A stretch of DNA of 64,000 bases from Azolla caroliniana (lineage: Eukaryota > Plantae > Polypodiophyta): NCBI GenBank assembly GCA_043228905.1, contig JBHGNT010000013.1, forward strand, positions 13,082,001-13,146,000. The letters run 5' to 3'. The position numbers and the translations under genes were made by a program. Shown here one piece after another: positions 56,074 through 64,000 of this stretch. Within the stretch, counting starts at the first letter, position 1; each line of letters starts with the position of its first letter. The notes beneath the pieces were generated by a model, which had not been told where the DNA came from, did no database searches, and worked only from the letters and a program-made list of their open reading frames with translations.

Positions 56074-58680
56074 CTATGTTATTATGTTCTGATCTCCTTT
56101 CAATCCAAGCTCACTGTCAACAACGTTGGGTCCATCATGTTGTGAATCTTTGGTGGTTGTCTTTCCAACGTCCATATGTTTGCAATAATCTAGGCCATTG
56201 TCTGTCCTTGAATAGTATGCATACAATGCAAGTTGTAGAATCCCAAATATTGATCCTATCGAGTTTGATGCCTGATAAAAAGTCATGTTCATGTTTTAAA
56301 ACATAATTGCAGTAGAATTCTTCATCTTTCTAGCTAGATAATCACCGTAATCAAATAGTTGACATATTGACGGCAAGTGTTTGGAAACTTTGCACATATT
56401 CTACATTATTAAGGTGTGCAAAATATTCCTATTAATAAATATATTTGAATGTGCAATAGAATTCTTCATCTTGCTAGCTAGATAATCACCATAATCAAAT
56501 AGTTGAGATATTGATGGCAAGTGTTTGGAAACTTTGCACATATTCTACATTATTAAGGTGTGCAAAATATTCCTATTAATAAATATATTTGAATGTGTTT
56601 AAAGTATATTACCATGAGGAATGGATCGTTGTTTACCAAAGCAAATGCGAGCCAAACAAATGCTGAGAGAGATAAAAAGAAGGATAGCCAAAAAGGCATA
56701 TACTTCACGCTTTTGGTTTTTATAACAAGTCCCTATTGAGTACGTTGATAAAAAAAACATATTAGTTGATAAGATATAAAATACACAAACCCTATGCATT
56801 GATACAATCTTTGCATATAAGAAACTTATCTAAACTTAAGCAACGATGAATTGACATTAACCAGTCTAACAAATAGAAACATTGGAGGATGATGAGTAAT
56901 AGAAAATTTCTCATAAGAAGTTATGCCACCATTAAAGAATTGGATTATGCGATACATGCCTTCATAAAATAGTTTAAATATACTCACCACAACAGTTAAT
57001 GGTGATGCATACATGCATGCAGAGTTTGTGGCACAAAATATCCCAACAACAATAATACGCATTTTGCCATGTGTGAATCGCAATGTGGAGAACGAGACGA
57101 TGCCGTATAATACTCCAACTACCACTAACAAGCGTGCTACATACACCTACACAAAAATGTAAGATGTTAACAAAATTTGGACTCCTTTTAATATTTCTAT
57201 TGTGCAATACTAATAATAACCATTGGTATAATGTCGTCGTATGATATACATGTTATTACTTCATACCAAAATGAGTTGAGGCTTACTATACCCTTTGTGT
57301 TTTTAGTGCAAATATGAGATATATGCATATGTAGACGATTTGGAAGCAAACTCCAACTGCACTTATAGATGCGATGAGAGTTTCGTTGGGCTTTAGTAGT
57401 CCATAGTATAACCACAAACAATTGCTCAAAAGTGTTGTCATGTAAGGGATTGAAGAGAATGATTCAATTGACTTCATTTTTATAATTTGCCGAAAGGTTG
57501 GCCTGTCAATACATAAATTACAATTGACCAAATTAGTCTATTTCGCATATTATTCAGAATTGAGGGTGTTTTATGGTATAACTCTTGTTTTTTTTGGCAA
57601 TACTTAATGTAGAATGTTGTTTTTATCATATATAACTCATCACATACACATCATTTGCTATGTAGGAAAGATGTTATAATACCTTTACTTCATTTATATG
57701 CAGCACCACAAGGATTGAACACATGCAATGGTTTTTGTCTAAATAAAACACTGCATATTCTTACTTTGAGCTCCTTTAAAGGTTCTTATTTGAACAACAC
57801 CCTCCCATAAAAAACACTCCATTGTAGAACTAACCTTGGCGGACAACTTCTTGTTAAAGGTAAGGCCAATCAGTTGATAAACAAGGCAAGGTATACTTGT
57901 TATGTTGTTGTAGAGATGTTTCTATGCCATTGGGGTACTAGCTGAATTCGTGACATATTTTTTAGTTGCTATCAACATTATCTCCCTAGACTCTTTAAAA
58001 TTAAGACTATTTGGCACACCGGGAGGATGATGGTATAAGGTACGTGGTTTGTTGAATTTGAATTTGTGTTTAAAAAACCATTTTTGTTGCCTTTAGACTT
58101 TAAGGAAGATGTTCAAGACATTCATTAATTTCGTTATGAGATTTGACATGTATGATTGCAACCATCAATTTAGTTGAAGGTTCTTCCTTTTTATATAAAA
58201 ACACGCTATAACCTATATAATGGGTTCTCAAGTTGACATTATAGTCTTAGTATATAAAAATTAGTTATAAACATCTAGATTTATTATTTATCTATTGGCT
58301 CTATCGTTCTAGAATTTGGGCACCATCTTTGGCCTTGTAAAGCTTTTGCCCTCAACTTTTGTTTTGTTGCTGTGAGGTACTTTTTGGCACCAAATTGATT
58401 ATTGTAAACCCTCTCGCTTACTCTCTCATGTGATATTTAGTCATTAAGTGTTAACCTTGTGATGGAACATGTTCATGGCTAGTGATATACATATCATGTT
58501 AACTTGAGGTGTTTTCTAAGTACACGCATATGCATCCTTGATATTTAAGTTAAACCATAAACTAACAAACTAAAAAAAAAGAGATGAGCAATAAATTACT
58601 TACAAGGGGGAAGCAAAGACAAGTATTTGGATTACATTCCCAAGAATTCCAAGAACAAGGCTTGAGATTTGTTGGTCCAT
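56074..58680 (-). CDS. SWEET: SWEET sugar transporter (two MtN3 repeats); exons 58680-58604, 57502-57292, 57146-56988, 56732-56613, 56271-56074
   Basis: LGILGN...[13 protein letters not shown]...FSSIPY...LWLYYG; MYASPL; [13 protein letters not shown]; [15 protein letters not shown]. Confidence 0.93.
56309..56596. repeat. 144-bp tandem duplication in the last SWEET intron
   Basis: Two near-identical copies starting at 56309 and 56453. Confidence 0.9.
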
Positions 58681-59106
58681 CGGTCTCCTCATCTTTCAAC
58701 TTCTAATTTTACTCTCGATTAAATCTCCTCCAATTCCTTGTTCTCAAATATATGAACCAATAAATTCATACTACTTATGAGGAAGAACATTGGGGGAACT
58801 CCTTTAATAAACCAATGATGATTAAGGACCCCGTTACACGCAAATCAAGTATGATTGTATACGTAAACATGATTGGATACATTTGCTTAGTAGAATTAGT
58901 TACCCAAATAGGAAGTAAGGAGACTATTAGAATGTGATTGGTGTAAGGAATGAGCTCGTTAAACCCTTTGAGTTTAAGGAGGGTATATATACATGTATAC
59001 ATGTATAAGGTTGTGTGTGTATGTGTGTTTTTTAGTTATAAAAAATGGTGAGAGGTTTCCATGACGTGGGGTGGTGGTGTTTTATACTCCTATAACTCCT
59101 ATCCCA

Positions 59107-59179
<73 letters not shown>

Positions 59180-61746
59180 GCAAACACACACGCACACGCA
59201 CACATACTGTCTTGGTCTTGGTCTTTGTCCCTCTTTCGATAGTGAGTGGGTATGTGCCTTTTTCTTATTCTCTTTGTTCTTTTGTTTTTCTTTTATTTTT
59301 GTTGGTGGACACCCCACGTGAATGTTGGAAGAGCGTTTTCATTCAGGGAGTTGGTTCTCTTCCAAAAAGCAGAAAAACCAAACAATAAAAATAAGTTCCG
59401 ACACAGACAACTATTGTTTATCACTCAATCTAGCAGAAGCATTGTTTTTAGTGCAGGATCATACTTTGTGTTCCATCCCTTCTACAATCATTGATGCACC
59501 ACATACATACATCATGTTTTCTTGCATTAGGTTTGATCGGCCATATTAGTATTCCGATAATAATACATCATCATCATTGTCTTTCCATGTCAACAAACTC
59601 ATAACACCTTTGATATTCTTTCCCTTAACTAACTCTTAGGTTGTCCTTACACATCACAACCTCCCCATTATCACAATACATGCTTTCTATTATACATGTT
59701 GTTACTCTTTCCACATTTGAGTTTCAACTTAAATGTTCTTCATCATCAATTGCATCATGCACAAATGACTTTCTCTTGAATTCTTTCATGTAAGCAGTCA
59801 ATATATTGGCTCTAACTTTAAGTCTCCGCTTCCTACGTATGTTGTCATTTGCCAAACGTCACCTTTTATGTGAGAAACAAGGCCCATCATTGGAAGAATA
59901 TTCCCCTTCCATTACAAAAACATATACATATGTCATGCCTACTTAGGAATCTAGACAATTATATTTCTTTTTCATTGTTGTACATTCATAGGTGCCGTTA
60001 TAACCAACCATTGCTAAAATATTAACTTTGTCTACAAGTAGAATATTTTTAAAGTATGTCTAAAAGCACTATATATGTCATAAAGTTAACTCTTGTGGTA
60101 CACTAATCTAACAATGACATTTGACATTAACAACTTCAATATCAAGTGTACAAGTTGTTAATGTCTTAGGAAATATGTTAAATCATACTCGCTTGCAAAC
60201 ACAAGCTTGTTAAAGGAGGTAGGCATAAATAGTTGGTAGTACTCCATCTACCACCAAGTGTTGTGTGTCGTAGTTAGCACAATTGTCTTATCGTAGTATA
60301 ACATGTGTATTGATGTTATTTAATGTTGCGTAAGGATACATGCCAAACTAGTGTAGTGATTAACTACCATCAATCCTTACAATTACACATTACCAACATT
60401 ATTGGACACATGGAGTTAGGTTAGTCCTACTCTTGGGCTCTTGGATACATTACTCTTGGGATCCATTACTCTGTGAGTTAATATTAGTCAGAAGTCTTCT
60501 CTTTAGAATCTTCTCTTTGTGAGTTAATATTAGTCAGAAGTCTTCATTTCATTTAGTCACTAATCATACTTTCTTCTTCGATGGCATTGCCAAACTCTTA
60601 ATACTCCTAGTTCATATAATTGTTCCACCATTTTACAAGTAAGCTTTGTCTTCTTCTACTATGCATTCTAATCCAACAAAAAAATTCATTACAATTATAG
60701 TGACAACATATCAATAAGGAAACCATGAGAAACCTTGCCATATTAATACGCATTCCAACTTACAAGTCAATAGCTTCTTCAAGTCAATTAAGGGTGAGAA
60801 TAACAAATAACTAGGAAACCCATGCCAAGGTTTTATCCATTCCTTTGATATTCAAATATTAAGGTAAGGGACTATGAAATAAGAGAATTGATTTCTAAAT
60901 TCTCACTTTAAAAACGCAATCCTTGATCAATATAGCAAGCTGTGCATGAACTTTGCAATCCCTTTGAAATGTTGCAATTGAAACACTGTTGTATTGTACC
61001 AAAACTAGGGAATGATGCCAGTTTTTATTCATTATTCATCATGACATTTTTTATATAGAATTGAATTGGCTACATCAAACTTGTAGGATTTTATTGATAT
61101 TGCATGGAGTGCTAAATAAAACAATGCAATGTGGTCCTGATGTGTGATCATGGGAAGATATGACGATTTGTTAAGGGGTTGATTAAGCCTCTATTGGCTT
61201 TCTGTGTAATGTGTGCAAGAGAAACTTCAAGGTAATGCACGGATAAAGCTTGAAAGTTTACAAGCACCAATACCAAATCAACGATGTGTACATCTTTACA
61301 TGGGATGGGGTAAACTTTGTTCAGGCACATAATCACAAGTGACATATATTACTTACTATTGCAAAACAAAGATATGCTCTGTTTCCCCTTCAGAAAGAGC
61401 ATCTGTAAACATTAATATTTGCTGAAGTTTACTCTAAAATGGTTCTTCACATGTTTACAGTGGGATCCATTGTCACGACGTTTTACTCAAAAGCATTTTA
61501 ATATATCTGTGTTGTACTTAATACTATACCCTTCCCAAGGGAAAAAAAGAAAAGGGGGAACTTTGATCGAATCAAAAGCATCGATCATCGTGGAGAGGAT
61601 GTCAACATATGAACTTTTTATCAATTTCGAAAAGATATCATCCCCTTAAAAATGGAAAAGAAATTTCTCTTGTAAAATATCCACTTCCAGTGGAAGCAAG
61701 AAAAAGTCCCGGATTTATTTGGAAAAGACTGGCTATCATTTTATCA

Positions 61747-62814
61747 TCAATCATCATCGTCATCATCTTCATAATCCTCAACAGCAGGTTGCAGAGGGTG
61801 AGCCATAGCAGCTTCTGCAGCCTCTTTTTGGAGCTTGAGCTTTCTCAAACCTTCTTTAAGATGGAATTGCTCTTGTTCTTGGATGCGTCGGTACATTTTT
61901 CGAGGTGGTGGTGCCTCCCTTCCTTCAGCAATTGCCTTAGCTCTTGCTTCATCGTAGGCTCTATTCTCTTCACGTCTTACATTCCAAAATTCTGCCTGCA
62001 AAACATCATGTCAGTAAATTGGCTGACCCCAACATATGCCTGTAACAGAGAAGAGAGATTGGCTATTCTCCTTTTGAATTGTCATTCTGAAAATGATAGT
62101 AGTCGTTCATATGCTAGCATTCACATTTTTGTAACAAACTATATCACTGGTGGTAAAATTCAATGTGAGGTAAAAATCCACAAAAAATGATTACGCCAAC
62201 AGATGATGGGCACGTCATTGGATGTCTTCACAAACTAGAAACACTTAAAGGAGATGAAATACATATACCATTAGACTACCATTAATATATGCATCATGAT
62301 TATGAAACCAATCTCACAGCCACTACTTTCTTTCAGTTTCATTCATTATACTAGCACACACATATACATAATCATCATTAATAAGAAACAGAATTAAAAG
62401 TTGGGTTTCATTCATCTGACTAGCGTGCACACAAATTATCAAAATTATTAATATGAAACAGAACTCAACACATTTATTTAGCTTTGATTTAGATTTTACA
62501 TCTGCAATTTCTGTAGCCCGCTTCTTCGAAACCCCCATGTCAATAAGGTCCATAATTCGAAATGCAAGTTTCCTAGCTGGATAAACATCAAATGTGCTTG
62601 GACTGCTCCAAATAAAAACATACAGTTTATTATGATTTAAGACACTACTAAAAAAACTTCAATAATCCAAAAGCAAAGGACATATTGAACCTACTCATAA
62701 GCTTCATATTTCAACTCCGGATGGCGTTTGTATACTTCCTTAACAAATGGATCTTCTGGCAAAACAATCTCCACGGGATCTTTTTGTGGTGTGAAATCAG
62801 CCAACGGTGGATGC
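61747..62814 (-). CDS. Probable mitochondrial ribosomal protein mS23-like, 5'-partial; exons 62814-62695, 62602-62500, 61995-61747
   Basis: HPP...EIVLPEDPFVKEVYKRHP...PARKLAFRIMDLIDMGVSKKRATEIADAEF resembles plant mS23 as recalled (I.LPED.Y...F...HP...PAR.F..RV.EL...GVSE..A...AD.EY). First exon not found in the window. Confidence 0.65.
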
Positions 62815-63059
62815 CTGTAGATATTCATCTCTCTCCTCTCTCTCTAAAGAATATCACGAAAGTAAAAAATATGCCAAAATACCAATAAGAGAAAAACAGG
62901 CTTGGAATATAGGATGCAAGGTACAAAATAACAATAAGAGAAAATTCCTCTCAAGTGATGACACTATGCAATGGTTTAAATGATGGGGAGTAAAATATCT
63001 ATTGGTGCTCTCAAGTGACGCTATGAAGTAGGTGATCATTGAGGATAAATTAATAGAGG

Positions 63060-63310
63060 CATAGTATGAACCATACGTACCATACATGCATTCGCATTCA
63101 AGAATGTTTCAATCATTTGAGTATGGTAAACAACCTCAAACTATGTTAAATACCATACTTCTGTATTCATCATTTATTATAAGGTAAATTTTTCTTTTAA
63201 GGTAAGAAAGTTAGGTAAAAAGTGTAAAAAGTTTTTATAACATACACATTCGTTTGCGTTCGTATGAAAAAGAATGTTTGCCAATGCATTCGAGTATATT
63301 ACATACTATG
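63060..63310. mobile_element. hAT-type MITE
   Basis: CATAGTATG...CATACTATG TIRs; perfect 8-bp TSD AATAGAGG; opposite orientation to the 40320 copy. Confidence 0.9.
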
Positions 63311-63829
63311 AATAGAGGCACTAAAGATGAGTGGAAAGATTATAAATGTCAAGATTGGAGTATTACATTGCAAACCCCCAACATTGGCCCCAATACAAGG
63401 TAAAAATGCCAGAATGTATCCAACCACATCTTACTACCCTCATGAGCCTTGCCTCTCAAAGAGCTTTAACACTTCTCCAAACTCGCTCACACAAGTTAGG
63501 TGTTTAGGTAACAACATGGCATCATTACCCTGGTAAGAAGCTTTGCAAGGTATGCAATGAAAACCTAGTGGAGGATAAATATCATTTACTTCTCACGTGC
63601 TCAGCATAGAAGGTCATTCACAAGAAGTATGATGACTTATTACACGGACATGATATTTAAGTGTCCCACTCAAATCCCCAATCAAGAAGGGTGAGCACAT
63701 ATGTGTGTGCATTATTTTCACATAGAGAGTTTTTCCTACAAAGTAGTAAATCCCCTTCTTAGGAAGGAGGCACATACAAGATGATATGTTTATTTGATCC
63801 CATGCGTCAAAACTTGCCTGCTCATGAAA

Positions 63830-64000
63830 ATGAAAGTTTCTATTCTATCCTATTCGCAATGCTATGGTGGTCCAAGTGCTGCTTTATGGAGTGGAAGTGT
63901 GGGGTGGCGCTATCTCACTTAGTGTATAGAATGAAATAGATAAAATCCAAAAAATGTTCTTATGTAGAAAATTGGGGCTAAAATCCTCAACATCCTACCC
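63830..64000 (+). mobile_element. Non-LTR retrotransposon (LINE) ORF2 fragment
   Basis: Translation VVQVLLYGVEVWG...EIDKIQKMFLCRKLGLKSST matches the post-RT LLYGxEVW motif of LINEs; contains a stop. Confidence 0.6.

Overview
Eukaryotic plant nuclear DNA. A non-seed vascular plant such as a fern is inferred from the Tcn1-like chromoviruses and protein divergence, not proven. The left 38 kb is mostly nested transposable elements around one gene, a 725-aa MA3-domain PDCD4/MRF-like translation regulator on the minus strand. The elements are Ty1/copia fragments, two Tcn1-like Ty3/gypsy chromoviruses, a young near-intact copia inside one of them, a group of TGTCG-ended LTR elements (tRNA-Trp PBS in two, 4-bp TSD in three), two pogo/Tigger-family elements each carrying an internal tandem array, and hAT MITEs. 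The right 26 kb is gene-dense: an uncharacterised basic protein, MCM8 (17 exons), a p23 HSP90 co-chaperone, a SWEET transporter and the 3' part of a probable mitoribosomal mS23 gene. The most notable observations are: (1) tRNA-like Pol III A/B-box modules with tRNA spacing in the U3 of three separate LTRs; (2) Tf1-type self-priming PBS signatures in both chromoviruses, with a rearrangement junction exactly on that inverted repeat in one; (3) a ~1.2-kb pogo derivative inflated to 17.9 kb by nested insertions and carrying a double-palindrome 48-bp array. All coordinates were read by eye and may be off by a few bases.
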